Below, piece after piece: positions 29,533-38,918 of a DNA stretch of 52,667 nucleotides (within the stretch, counting starts at the first letter, position 1; every line of letters starts with the position of its first letter). The notes below the pieces were generated by a model. The model saw only the letters and a program-made list of their open reading frames with translations. It was not told the DNA's origin and did no database searches. The DNA comes from a virus (lineage: Duplodnaviria > Caudoviricetes). Location: the IMG/VR virus record IMGVR_UViG_3300008740_000012, positions 1 through 52,667 of that record; one strand, 5' to 3'. Position numbers and translations under genes: made by a program.

Positions 29533-31002
29533 ATGCCATCACCAGACAAGGTGATTGTCCATAAGAAGGATGATGTATATCTGTGGGTTAGTACCGAACC
29601 ATACATTACTCGCGAACTATCTGATTATTTTACGTTTGACGTGCCATCTGCCAAGTTTCATCCATCATACAAGATGGGTGCCTGGGATGGAAAAATACGT
29701 CTTTTGAACTATAAAGACGGAACCATCTATGCAGGATTGGTGTCTCATATTAAAGCATTCTGTGAAGAAAGAGGATATCTTTTTGTACATGATGAGGAAG
29801 GCGATGAAAACTTCTCATTACACGAAGCCATTGAATTTATTGAATCATTGAACCTTCCATCCAAATACACTCCGCGCAATTATCAAGTAGACTCGTTTGT
29901 GACAGCAGTTCGCAAACGACGCATGTTGATCGAGTCACCCACTGGCTCTGGCAAGAGTCTGATTATTTACCTATTAATCAGACTGTACATGACAAAACAC
30001 AAAAACAAGAATTTGATTATTGTTCCATCCACTTCGTTGGTGGCACAAATGAAGAAAGATTTTGGCGATTATGGATTGGATGTTTCTGCAATACATGAAA
30101 TCATGTCCGGGCGAGACAAGCAAACCGACAAACCAATTGTAATATCAACGTGGCAGTCATTATTCAGAATGCCCAAAGGCTATTTTGACCAATTTGGAAC
30201 AGTCATTGTGGATGAGTGTCATGGCGTGAAGGCCAAGTCCCTTACCAACATTCTTACCAAAATGGTCAACACACCACATCGGTTTGGTACAACAGGCACA
30301 CTCGACGGGTCACTGACTAACAAACTGGTCATTGAAGGGCTATTGGGCAAGGCACGAAAAGACACCACCACCAAAAAGTTGATTGACGAGAAGATTTTGT
30401 CTGAATTCATGATAAAAGCCATTGTGCTAAAGCATCAAAAGAAAATTCCTTCGGATCTCAAATACCAAGATGAGATTGATTACCTTGTCGGCAATGAATC
30501 ACGAAACGGGTTTATCAAGAATCTGGTATTGAGCCTTGAAGGAAATACGCTTGTGTTATTCAACTATGTCGAAAAGCATGGTATTCCACTATTCAAGGCA
30601 ATAAAGGATGATGCCGCTGTCGGAAGAAAGGTATTTTTTGTGTATGGTGGCACAGAGCTATCAAAGCGTGAAGATGTACGGGCTGCCGTAGAACAAGAGG
30701 ACAATGCAATCATTGTTGCGTCGTCTGGCATGTATTCACAGGGCATTAACATCAAGAGATTGAGCAACATAGTATTTACACACCCAGGAAAATCGAGAAT
30801 AAGAACACTGCAAAGTATTGGTCGTGCATTGCGGAGAGTAAATGATGAAGAAGCGATATTGTATGATATTGTGGATGATTTGACCAATGGAAGAAAGACA
30901 AAGAATTTCTCGTTGAAGCATTACCAAGAACGGTTTGCCACATACAAATCAGAGAAGTTCAAAGTCAAAACATATAATGTAAAATTAAAAGGAGATAATT
31001 AG
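29533..31002 (+). CDS. uvsW: SF2 helicase UvsW
   Basis: WDGKIRL, SPTGSGKS, DECH, TGT, LQSIGR.LR. Start refined to ATG 29533. Confidence 0.96.
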   Translation: MPSPDKVIVHKKDDVYLWVSTEPYITRELSDYFTFDVPSAKFHPSYKMGAWDGKIRLLNYKDGTIYAGLVSHIKAFCEERGYLFVHDEEGDENFSLHEAIEFIESLNLPSKYTPRNYQVDSFVTAVRKRRMLIESPTGSGKSLIIYLLIRLYMTKHKNKNLIIVPSTSLVAQMKKDFGDYGLDVSAIHEIMSGRDKQTDKPIVISTWQSLFRMPKGYFDQFGTVIVDECHGVKAKSLTNILTKMVNTPHRFGTTGTLDGSLTNKLVIEGLLGKARKDTTTKKLIDEKILSEFMIKAIVLKHQKKIPSDLKYQDEIDYLVGNESRNGFIKNLVLSLEGNTLVLFNYVEKHGIPLFKAIKDDAAVGRKVFFVYGGTELSKREDVRAAVEQEDNAIIVASSGMYSQGINIKRLSNIVFTHPGKSRIRTLQSIGRALRRVNDEEAILYDIVDDLTNGRKTKNFSLKHYQERFATYKSEKFKVKTYNVKLKGDN

Positions 31003-31008
31003 TGTGAT

Positions 31009-31626
31009 ATGAGAAATAAATCAGAACATTATGTAGACAACAAGGAGTTTCTTAAACTCATGTTGGAGTTCAAAGAAGAAACAGAGGCAGCAAAAACCAA
31101 TGGAAAGGAGACTCCAAAGATACCGAATGAAATCGGAGAGATATTTGTGAAGATTGCAACACACCTTTCGTTCAAATCCAACTTCATCAATTATGCGTTT
31201 CGTGAAGACATGATTGCAGATGGAATTGAGAATTGCATACAGTATGTGCATAACTTTGACCCAGAGAAATCAAGAAACCCGTTTGCCTATTTCACTCAAA
31301 TCATCTACTATGCATTCCTGCGTAGGATTCAAAAAGAGAAGAAACAACTCTATGTCCGATACAAATCTTTGGAGCATTCACAAATAATGAATTCGCTTGG
31401 TAATGAATTAAATGAAGAAGATTTGCGTAATATGACCAGCATAGGAGCAAGCAAATTGTATGACAACATGAGTGAATTCATTGAAACCTTTGAAGATTCA
31501 ATGGAAAAGAAAAAAGAGATAAAGAGCAAACAAAGAAAGACAGTCACAAAGAAGAAGAAACCTCAAAGGACTGGAAACAGTGTCCTACGGTTTGCAACAA
31601 ATTTGAGCGAAGAAGAAAAAGTATGA
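31009..31626 (+). CDS. gp55: Late transcription sigma factor gp55
   Basis: HYVDNKEF, NFINY..REDMI.DGIENC, NPFAYFTQI.YYAFLRRI.KEKKQ. Confidence 0.97.
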   Translation: MRNKSEHYVDNKEFLKLMLEFKEETEAAKTNGKETPKIPNEIGEIFVKIATHLSFKSNFINYAFREDMIADGIENCIQYVHNFDPEKSRNPFAYFTQIIYYAFLRRIQKEKKQLYVRYKSLEHSQIMNSLGNELNEEDLRNMTSIGASKLYDNMSEFIETFEDSMEKKKEIKSKQRKTVTKKKKPQRTGNSVLRFATNLSEEEKV

Positions 31627-32678
31627 AAATTGCACTTGTAACAGATACCCATGCGGGGGTAAGGAACGATAGTGATACTTTTGCCGATTATCAGTACAAA
31701 TTCTGGTATGACGTATTTTTCCCTTATTTGGAAGAGCATAACATCAATCATATTATACACTTAGGAGACATTACAGACAGGCGAAAGTGGATAAATTATA
31801 AAACGTTGCATCGGTTCAGAGCACTGATTAACAAAATGGCAAATGAGTACAATCTCAGGGTAATCATTGGCAATCATGACACCTATTTCAAGAATACCAA
31901 TGAAGTAAACTCAATGAATTGCCTGTTTAACAAGGGCTTTTCAACAGAAGACCTTGGCGGTTTTCAGGCATACACTCAGGCAACCGACATGTATATTGGA
32001 ACAGATAAGCCTATCTTGTTTGTTCCTTGGATTAACTCAGGAAACCTTGAACACACGCTTCAAGCAATTGGAGAGTCAAAAGCAGATGTGTGTATGGGGC
32101 ATTTGAATCTTAATGGATTTGAAATGGCACGGGGTTTGTACAATACAGAAGGCATGGACAGAAAGATATTCAGCAAATTTGACATGGTGTTGAGTGGTCA
32201 TTTTCACCAGAGGTCACACAAGGATAACATCTGGTATCTTGGTTCGCCGTTTGAGCAGACATGGATTGATCATGGCGAAGAACGTGGATTTCACACCTTG
32301 GATACGGAAACACTGGATTTGGAGTTTATAGAAAACCCACACAAGATGTTTGCCAAGATTTTCTATGATGGCAATATTGCCGATGATGTGGACGTTTCCA
32401 ATTACACAGGAATGGCAGTCAAGATTATCGTGAATCAAATAGACGACCAGTATTTGTTTAACAAATTTATTGAAGAGATGGAAGCTGCCGACCCTTGGCA
32501 TATGCAAATTATTGACAATACTGATGTGTCAAATGCCGATGATATAGAAATAGAGCATATTGAAAGCAAGGGTACAATTGAACTACTCAATGATTACATT
32601 GAGCAAAGAGATTATGACAACAAGGATGAGGTCAAAAGCCTCATGCGCGATTTGTTTGACGAAGCCATTTCGTCATAA
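31623..32678 (+). CDS. gp47: Recombination endonuclease subunit gp47 (Mre11/SbcD-like)
   Basis: DTH, LGD, GNHD, GH, SGHFH metallophosphoesterase motifs. Confidence 0.95.
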   Translation: MKIALVTDTHAGVRNDSDTFADYQYKFWYDVFFPYLEEHNINHIIHLGDITDRRKWINYKTLHRFRALINKMANEYNLRVIIGNHDTYFKNTNEVNSMNCLFNKGFSTEDLGGFQAYTQATDMYIGTDKPILFVPWINSGNLEHTLQAIGESKADVCMGHLNLNGFEMARGLYNTEGMDRKIFSKFDMVLSGHFHQRSHKDNIWYLGSPFEQTWIDHGEERGFHTLDTETLDLEFIENPHKMFAKIFYDGNIADDVDVSNYTGMAVKIIVNQIDDQYLFNKFIEEMEAADPWHMQIIDNTDVSNADDIEIEHIESKGTIELLNDYIEQRDYDNKDEVKSLMRDLFDEAISS

Positions 32679-32702
32679 TGGTGCAATAAAGGAGATATCA
32701 AA

Positions 32703-34457
32703 TTGATTGTATTTAAGAAGATTCGCTATAAGAATTTCCTGTCATCAGGAAACGTCTTTACTGAATATGATCTCAATTCCAATAAGAACACGTTAATCAT
32801 TGGCAAGAATGGGTCAGGCAAGAGTACGCTACTCGATGCGCTCACCTTTGCATTGTTCGGCAAGGCATATCGCAATATCAACAAGCCGTCTCTTGTCAAT
32901 ACCATCAACCAGAAGGATTGTATGGTAGAGCTTGAGTTTACCATTGGCAACAAGTCACATTTCATTCGTCGGGGCCTAAAGCCTAACGTCTTTGATGTGG
33001 TCGTCGATGGAATGGAACTTGACAAGATGGCATCTGCAAAGGATTTCCAGAACAACCTTGAAAACAATACACTCAAGATGAACTACAAGTCGTTTTGTTC
33101 TGTTGTTATTCTGGGTGCGCGTTACGATTCATTCATGAACATGACACCTGCCGACAGACGTAAGGTAGTAGAGGATGTGTTGGACATTGAAATTTTCTCT
33201 GAAATGAATGTGGTATTGAAGGACCGATTGGCCAAGCTCAAGGAATCAATTCGTGACAACAACTCCAATATTCAATTGAACGAAGAGAAAAAGGAATTGC
33301 AGATTTTGAATATGGCAGCAACAATGAAGGAGCGTCAGGAGGATATTGACAAAAAGACAGAGCAGTTACAAACAATACAGAATGCCGTTGCCAAAGAGAC
33401 AAGATTGTTGGTAGACGAAAAAGCTCTGCACAAAAAATTGTCCACCGAGATTGATAAGGTCAGGGGCCCTGTAGAGAAGAAAAAGAAGAATGCCGATGAC
33501 ATTTTTCGTGACCTGAACAAGAACAGAACAAAGGTTGCAAAGGAACATCAATTCTTTGAGGGTCATGATACCTGCCCTACATGTGAACAGGAGATTGAAG
33601 AACAGTTTCGTAATCACATGATAAGCACAAAAGAAAACAAGGCATCCGAGTTAGATTCGGCAATTCGTTCATTGACCGAAACAATCACAAATATTGACAA
33701 GGAACTTGAAGATGTGCGTGCATTAGAAATCAAATATGAAGAACAACGCAACAAGTTGACTACTCATGAGACTGATATTTTGATGGGCATCAAACAAGTC
33801 AAAAGCCTTAATGATGAAATTGATACATTGAACAGTCGTCAGGAAGACACCCACGAAGGCGACCGTGCAAAGGTGCTTGAAGATATCGAATGCCAAATTG
33901 TTGATTTGATGGACGACAAGGTTGAGCTTATGAGCAAGAAGAAATCACATGATGTGGCATATGATCTACTCAAGGATTCAGGAATAAAGTCAAAGATTAT
34001 TGAGAATTACCTGCCAATCATCAATGCACAAATCAATCAACACCTACGGGACTTGGATTTCTATGTCAAGTTTGAATTGGACGAAACATTCAACGAAACC
34101 ATCAAGTCAAGACATTTGGACGAGTTCACATACGATTCATTCAGTGAAGGTGAAAAAGCACGCATTGACCTTGCACTGTTGTTCACATGGCGAAAAATTG
34201 CCGAGTTGAAGAACAGCGTGAGTACCAATCTGCTGATTCTGGATGAGGTGTTCGATGGTTCATTGGATGCCATTGGTGCCGATGAGGTCATGGCAAAGTT
34301 GTTATTCAATCGCTCCGAGCATTTCAATGGAGAGATCAGAGACACGCAAAAGGATAATACCAATGTGTTTGTGATTAGTCACAAGATTGATTTGGTGGAC
34401 AAGTTTGAGGACACAATCAAGTTTGAAAAGGTGAAGGGGTTTTCACGAAAGAGTTAA
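32703..34457 (+). CDS. gp46: Recombination endonuclease ATPase subunit gp46 (Rad50/SbcC-like)
   Basis: TTG start after AAGGAG, GKNGSGKS, zinc hook CPTC, FSEGEK, LILDEVFDGSLD, ISH. Confidence 0.96.
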   Translation: MIVFKKIRYKNFLSSGNVFTEYDLNSNKNTLIIGKNGSGKSTLLDALTFALFGKAYRNINKPSLVNTINQKDCMVELEFTIGNKSHFIRRGLKPNVFDVVVDGMELDKMASAKDFQNNLENNTLKMNYKSFCSVVILGARYDSFMNMTPADRRKVVEDVLDIEIFSEMNVVLKDRLAKLKESIRDNNSNIQLNEEKKELQILNMAATMKERQEDIDKKTEQLQTIQNAVAKETRLLVDEKALHKKLSTEIDKVRGPVEKKKKNADDIFRDLNKNRTKVAKEHQFFEGHDTCPTCEQEIEEQFRNHMISTKENKASELDSAIRSLTETITNIDKELEDVRALEIKYEEQRNKLTTHETDILMGIKQVKSLNDEIDTLNSRQEDTHEGDRAKVLEDIECQIVDLMDDKVELMSKKKSHDVAYDLLKDSGIKSKIIENYLPIINAQINQHLRDLDFYVKFELDETFNETIKSRHLDEFTYDSFSEGEKARIDLALLFTWRKIAELKNSVSTNLLILDEVFDGSLDAIGADEVMAKLLFNRSEHFNGEIRDTQKDNTNVFVISHKIDLVDKFEDTIKFEKVKGFSRKS

Positions 34458-34460
34458 TTA

Positions 34461-34682
34461 ATGAGAAGAGAACAAACAAAAACACAAGCGTTAAAAGAAA
34501 CAGTTACAACTCGCATCGTAGGATTCATGGTCGCACTCATAACGGCTGAATTATTCGTATATGAAATGTTTGAGGTTAAAGTTTCTGTTGCACAAAATAT
34601 TGGTATAATGATATATTGGACTTGCCAAAGCATTCTTGTTGGTTACATGATGCGTCGGTTTTTTGAATTACGGGGGAAGTAA
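34461..34682 (+). CDS. Small membrane protein
   Basis: 73 aa, two hydrophobic segments, C-term RRFF. Confidence 0.65.
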   Translation: MRREQTKTQALKETVTTRIVGFMVALITAELFVYEMFEVKVSVAQNIGIMIYWTCQSILVGYMMRRFFELRGK

Positions 34683-35055
34683 AAATGATTTATTGTTTTG
34701 ATTTGGATAATACACTGTGTGATACAAAAGTAAAAGATGGGCGAATGGACTACATGGGTGCCCTTCCTTTTATGGATAGAATTGCAATAGTCAATAGTCA
34801 CTATGATAATGGGCACACAATTTACATTGAAACAGCCAGGGGTAGTGGTTCTGGAATTGATTGGCATGAAAGAACTACCAAACAACTTGAAGGTTGGGGG
34901 TTAAAATTCCATAAACTGAGAACCGGAGTCAAGTTTGCCGCAGACATATTTGTGGACGATAAAGGTCTTTCTGATAAGGAATTTTTTGACAACCCGTGGT
35001 GGGACATGCCTTCTGATAAGAAATTTTGAGAGTTACACGGGGGAAGTAAAAATGA
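34670..35055 (+). repeat. 19-bp direct repeat ACGGGGGAAGTAAAAATGA (34670-34688 and 35037-35055)
   Basis: Exact copies read from the sequence, each containing an RBS-like run and the ATG of the following gene. Confidence 0.9.
34685..35029 (+). CDS. Capless HAD-superfamily phosphatase
   Basis: Motif I FDLDNTL, motif II TARG, K, motif IV DIFVDDK. Confidence 0.8.
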   Translation: MIYCFDLDNTLCDTKVKDGRMDYMGALPFMDRIAIVNSHYDNGHTIYIETARGSGSGIDWHERTTKQLEGWGLKFHKLRTGVKFAADIFVDDKGLSDKEFFDNPWWDMPSDKKF

Positions 35056-35522
35056 CGGTTGACACTGGCAGTCAATATGAGAAACTTATTGAATCTGCAT
35101 TGAGGAACCATTCAACATATGATTTTGAAGCCCAATATGACCTTGGAATAAAACCCAGCGGAAAGCGACACCGAGCCGATATTTTTTTGGTTAACACCAA
35201 AGAAGTTATTAGTTTGAAAACTCAATCTGTGGGGGGTACTTCCGAAGAAAAAATTCCATATGAAGTATATGTTTTGCAACATGCAGTAAACAAAGGTAAT
35301 TGCAAGTCTGCAACCATTGTACTTCACGGCAATGGATGGAGAGAAAAGGATTGGTATCTATCAGGAGAGTTTTGTTTTAACATGAATTGCCCAGATGTAA
35401 AGATAATTGACCATGATGAGTTCATGAAAGAATATATTGACCACTCCATATGCAGAAATGATAAGGTGGGATTAGAAAAGTTTTTTGTGAGGATATGTTG
35501 TGACGACAATGACAACCAATAA
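35052..35522 (+). CDS. PD-(D/E)XK restriction-endonuclease-like nuclease
   Basis: RADIF...ISLK.QSVGGTSEEKIPYE. Start refined to ATG 35052 inside the direct repeat. Confidence 0.7.
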   Translation: MTVDTGSQYEKLIESALRNHSTYDFEAQYDLGIKPSGKRHRADIFLVNTKEVISLKTQSVGGTSEEKIPYEVYVLQHAVNKGNCKSATIVLHGNGWREKDWYLSGEFCFNMNCPDVKIIDHDEFMKEYIDHSICRNDKVGLEKFFVRICCDDNDNQ

Positions 35523-36483
35523 TAATACCCTAATGAAATTCATGAATGATAACGAAAATGCAGAGCATGATGGATATATCCCTCCGCATGAGCGTTTCGA
35601 GAAATACGATGGCGACAAGTGTTGGCAAGGGCATCTGAGAGAATTGCACCATGAGCAGGATCTCAAGGATGCCAATTTGACACATGCAGAGGCAGCCGCA
35701 CTTCGTACATCAGATTTTGAATTTGAATATATCCCCAAGGATGACAAGGCAAAATGTCAACAGTTGATTAAATTCATTGAACGTCATGAGTGGCTGGGAA
35801 AAATGCCGACATGGCTCACGCACAGATTCGCATGGTATCTCGACGTACCCGGAAAACCCCGTGTTCTGGCTGGTGTCATCATCATGGCAACGCCGAATGC
35901 ATTTTCCAATCTGCTTGGCCCAGAAAACAGACACAAAGAAAAGCTGATTGCGCGTGGTGCCTGTATCTCATTCGGACCCAAGAATCTTGGGAGTCATATC
36001 ATCATGGAAGCCATCAAATGGATGGTCAAGAATACAGAGTTTCGCTTTTTTACGGCATACTCTGACCCTGATGCCAAAGAACTGGGCACTATATATCAGG
36101 CATGTTCATTTGCCTATTTGGGCCAAAGCAGCGGAACCAAGTATCAGTATTTCGTTCCCGGCAAAGGCTGGAAAGGCGACAAGGCATTTACCGAACGTTC
36201 CGAGTATGTACGTCATGCAAAAGACCTCGGAATTGAATTTCTGCCAGAGTGGCGGAAGGGTGGCAAAATCAACTGGAAGAATGTTCCAGATGAGGTTGCC
36301 GCAAAACTGAAACAGGCTGCAACTGCAAAGAAGGCATCATGCAAGAAACGCATTGCGGCACCCAAGCACAAGTATGTATTTGTGTTGGGCAGGGGCAAGA
36401 AGGAAACGAAGCGTCTAAGAAAATTGTTATTTGAGAACAACCCACAGTTGCCTTTGGAATATCCCAAGAACAGAGGTATATGA
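35500..36483 (+). CDS. Mom-like (GNAT-fold) DNA modification enzyme
   Basis: FIERHEWLG, LAGV, LIARG, KNLGS, AYSDP...GTIYQACSF.YLG match the Mu Mom-family pattern. Exact start uncertain (several Mets). Confidence 0.7.
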   Translation: MTTMTTNNNTLMKFMNDNENAEHDGYIPPHERFEKYDGDKCWQGHLRELHHEQDLKDANLTHAEAAALRTSDFEFEYIPKDDKAKCQQLIKFIERHEWLGKMPTWLTHRFAWYLDVPGKPRVLAGVIIMATPNAFSNLLGPENRHKEKLIARGACISFGPKNLGSHIIMEAIKWMVKNTEFRFFTAYSDPDAKELGTIYQACSFAYLGQSSGTKYQYFVPGKGWKGDKAFTERSEYVRHAKDLGIEFLPEWRKGGKINWKNVPDEVAAKLKQAATAKKASCKKRIAAPKHKYVFVLGRGKKETKRLRKLLFENNPQLPLEYPKNRGI

Positions 36484-36606
36484 AAGGAGGACGATACATA
36501 TACGCACACACACACACTATTGTTATTGTTATTGTTGTCCCGGTATAGGCCAAATCTTTGCAAGTTGCAAAATGTGGAATACTGGGCAAACAAGGAGTAT
36601 ATCATA

Positions 36607-37842
36607 ATGTATGATACAAAAGGTATTAAAGCACCTAAAGCTTTTATTGATACAAAACCAAGTAGATTCTTTAAACTAGATGAATGGCTGACGAATCGCG
36701 ATTCAAAAGGTCGTTCAAAAACACCAAACATAAAGGCAGTGTTCCAACAGCTACATCCAGATCATCTGATTGTCATAGAAGGTATTTTGACAGAAGATGA
36801 TGAATGGATTGATGGCACAAAATATCCTGCCGGGAGTAGCTGGAAAATAGATGGGAATTCCAGATTTGAAGTATGGGCAAATCCGTGTACGCCCGTAAAT
36901 CTCAATGATGTCAAAGAATTGCTTGTCATTCAATACCATGCCAAGTCTCTCAAGGAATTGGAGGGTGTATATTATAGGATGAATTCTGTTGATGCTTCCG
37001 AGACAACCAAGGATATTTACAAGGGAATCTACAAATCCTTGAAGGACGAAAAGGGCAACCCGTGGAATTGGGTTTCCCAAAAGTTTCGGAGAGGCGATAT
37101 ATCCATGCTTATGGAATATGCTGCCATCAAGCTATTTCCACATCGCGTACTTTCTGTGAAGAAAGCCAAATCGGATGGCATTGAAACCAAATCCAAAGTC
37201 AAGATTAGAATGAGGCGAAAGCAACTTGACCAATTTGTTATATCGACACGAGTATTGGATCATTTTATTCGACAAGCCGAGATGAATAAAACAGAAAAGG
37301 TAATGAGAGATAATCCTTTGGGTGCTGCTCTCCTTGGATTTTTCTGGGCCGACGGTGCCGAGACATATCCTACTGCTGCTGCATATATTGATAAGATGAA
37401 TCCTCATGTTCGCAAGTTGATTGAAACCCGGCTTGTGCCAATGAAGTTTCTCAAGGATGCAGATCAGAATAACGAGGTTCATATGAATTTTGCTTGCAAT
37501 CGTCTACTTCGTGATGCCAGCACCTATGACAACACAAAGGAACGTGATAGCATTTTTCAGCCTACCATCATGGATCGTTCAAATGCCAATGGTGCCGGAA
37601 TTGCATACAATTGTGCATTGAGTGACATCAACAAGATTGCCAATTCTGGTCTTGAACACCGATCTTCTGTGAAAAATACAGAAAAAGATGTAGAGGATTG
37701 GGTTGCAAAGGTGACAGTAAAAGATCAGCATGAGTGGTTTTCTGACCCGGCTAATCAGGCAATGGTCAGAAATCTTGTTGTCGATGGATTTCTCCCTGAT
37801 GAGGATGACGACGATGACGATGACGATGATGATGATGAATAA
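36607..37842 (+). CDS. Putative ParB/Srx-fold N-terminal domain protein with poly-Asp tail
   Basis: KIDGNSR motif resembles ParB-like DG.HR. Start refined to ATG 36607 after AAGGAG. Ends in DEDDDDDDDDDDE. Confidence 0.5.
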   Translation: MYDTKGIKAPKAFIDTKPSRFFKLDEWLTNRDSKGRSKTPNIKAVFQQLHPDHLIVIEGILTEDDEWIDGTKYPAGSSWKIDGNSRFEVWANPCTPVNLNDVKELLVIQYHAKSLKELEGVYYRMNSVDASETTKDIYKGIYKSLKDEKGNPWNWVSQKFRRGDISMLMEYAAIKLFPHRVLSVKKAKSDGIETKSKVKIRMRRKQLDQFVISTRVLDHFIRQAEMNKTEKVMRDNPLGAALLGFFWADGAETYPTAAAYIDKMNPHVRKLIETRLVPMKFLKDADQNNEVHMNFACNRLLRDASTYDNTKERDSIFQPTIMDRSNANGAGIAYNCALSDINKIANSGLEHRSSVKNTEKDVEDWVAKVTVKDQHEWFSDPANQAMVRNLVVDGFLPDEDDDDDDDDDDDE

Positions 37843-37878
37843 CATTATCACAAAATATAGCACAACACGCATATAATA

Positions 37879-37925
37879 AAGAAACCCCCTGTTCCATTAA
37901 ACCGGAGCAGGGGGTTTCTTGTTTC
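37879..37925. terminator. Probable bidirectional rho-independent terminator
   Basis: AAGAAACCCCCTGTTCC / GGAGCAGGGGGTTTCTT stem with A- and T-rich flanks. Confidence 0.8.
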
Positions 37926-37955
37926 TGCCTATATAAAAAGAAGGAGAATTTTGTT

Positions 37956-38267
37956 ATGTCTGGTGTACAGAGAATGAATAGACGAGAATTCATGATGTCG
38001 TCGTTTTTGTTGGTCATGCCGGGTTTTGTTGTAAAATCGGCTCAGGGTGACACAGAAAAGCTAATTACAGATATATCTGCAAATGGTCCGATGATTGCGG
38101 CACTTCAATTTGTGGGTGAATCCATAGTGCCAGATCAGAATTGCGGCAATTGTCAACTCTATAAGGCAGGAGAAGGCAGTACAGGAAAGTGTCAATTATT
38201 TGTTAGTGGCAATGTCCCTAAAGATGGTTGGTGCATATCTTGGGCCAAAAAAGTGGCGTTATATTGA
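37956..38267 (+). CDS. High-potential iron-sulfur protein (HiPIP) with Tat signal
   Basis: NRREFMM twin-arginine signal. QNCGNCQLY..GKCQLF..V...GWC..W gives the four-Cys HiPIP pattern. AAGGAG RBS. Confidence 0.88.
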   Translation: MSGVQRMNRREFMMSSFLLVMPGFVVKSAQGDTEKLITDISANGPMIAALQFVGESIVPDQNCGNCQLYKAGEGSTGKCQLFVSGNVPKDGWCISWAKKVALY

Positions 38268-38404
38268 AAAAGCACAAAAAAAGCTAATATGGTGCGTCAT
38301 ATGACGCAGTGCATCATGTTATGTACAGATAACCTTCAATCTTACGTGTTCTAAGCCCGCGAGAGTACGCGCCACGCGCCTGATTTCGCATCACGCCTAA
38401 CAAG

Positions 38405-38918
38405 TTCTCAAAGAGTCTCTGAGAAACCCGGTTATATTCAAATAAGTTTAACATATATGCTGAAATGAATGATTCGCGCATATGCTCGCCTGCTCACTGA
38501 GTTGCTCCTCCTCCAGAATTCTCATATGAGAACACAACATATACACACATTTCTCTGAGAGGCCCCGTATATGGGGGGCCTATATGGGGTTTTGATGCTC
38601 CATATATGCGACACCTGATTACCTAGATTCAGCCGCCCCACAGGCAGGCTGCCCTGAAGATTCTCAGAGAGTCTTTGAGACATCTCAACATATATAATTA
38701 AATATCAATACACCCCTGGTACAGCAATGTATCAGGGGTTTTTTTGTGGCCTTTTTTTATATTCAAAGATTCACTGAGTATGTGTGTGTGTATATGTGCA
38801 TTGTGTATTTCTCAAAGAATCTCTGAGATTTTATGTGTATGAGGCAAACACACATACATACACATACATACATACACACACACAAATTTAAATTATATTC
38901 TCAGAGATTCTTTGAGAA
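38405..38918. repeat. Four 21-bp quasi-palindromes TTCTCA(A/G)AGAnTCT(C/T)TGAGAn
   Basis: Copies at 38405, 38661, 38809 and 38898. Related short forms at 38519-38532 (TTCTCATATGAGAA), 38551, 38761 and 39145. Confidence 0.88.
38712..38745 (+). terminator. Rho-independent terminator inside the non-coding region
   Basis: ACCCCTGGTACA-GCAA-TGTATCAGGGGT followed by a T run. Confidence 0.8.

Noticed and set aside
18796-34457. Introns or inteins in gp17, gp20, gp23, uvsW or gp46
   Set aside because: All are contiguous, of expected length and lack intein or homing-endonuclease motifs.
36520-36606. 5' extensions in the ORF track (also 18775, 20468, 25564, 29476, 34935, 42199, 44873, 46262)
   Set aside because: Downstream ATGs have better RBS or spacing and match family N-termini. 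The extensions run through repeats or neighbouring genes.
38405-38918. Possible CRISPR array from the palindromic repeats
   Set aside because: Spacing is irregular and too long (256, 148, 89 bp), copies vary and alternate orientation, and no cas genes are present.
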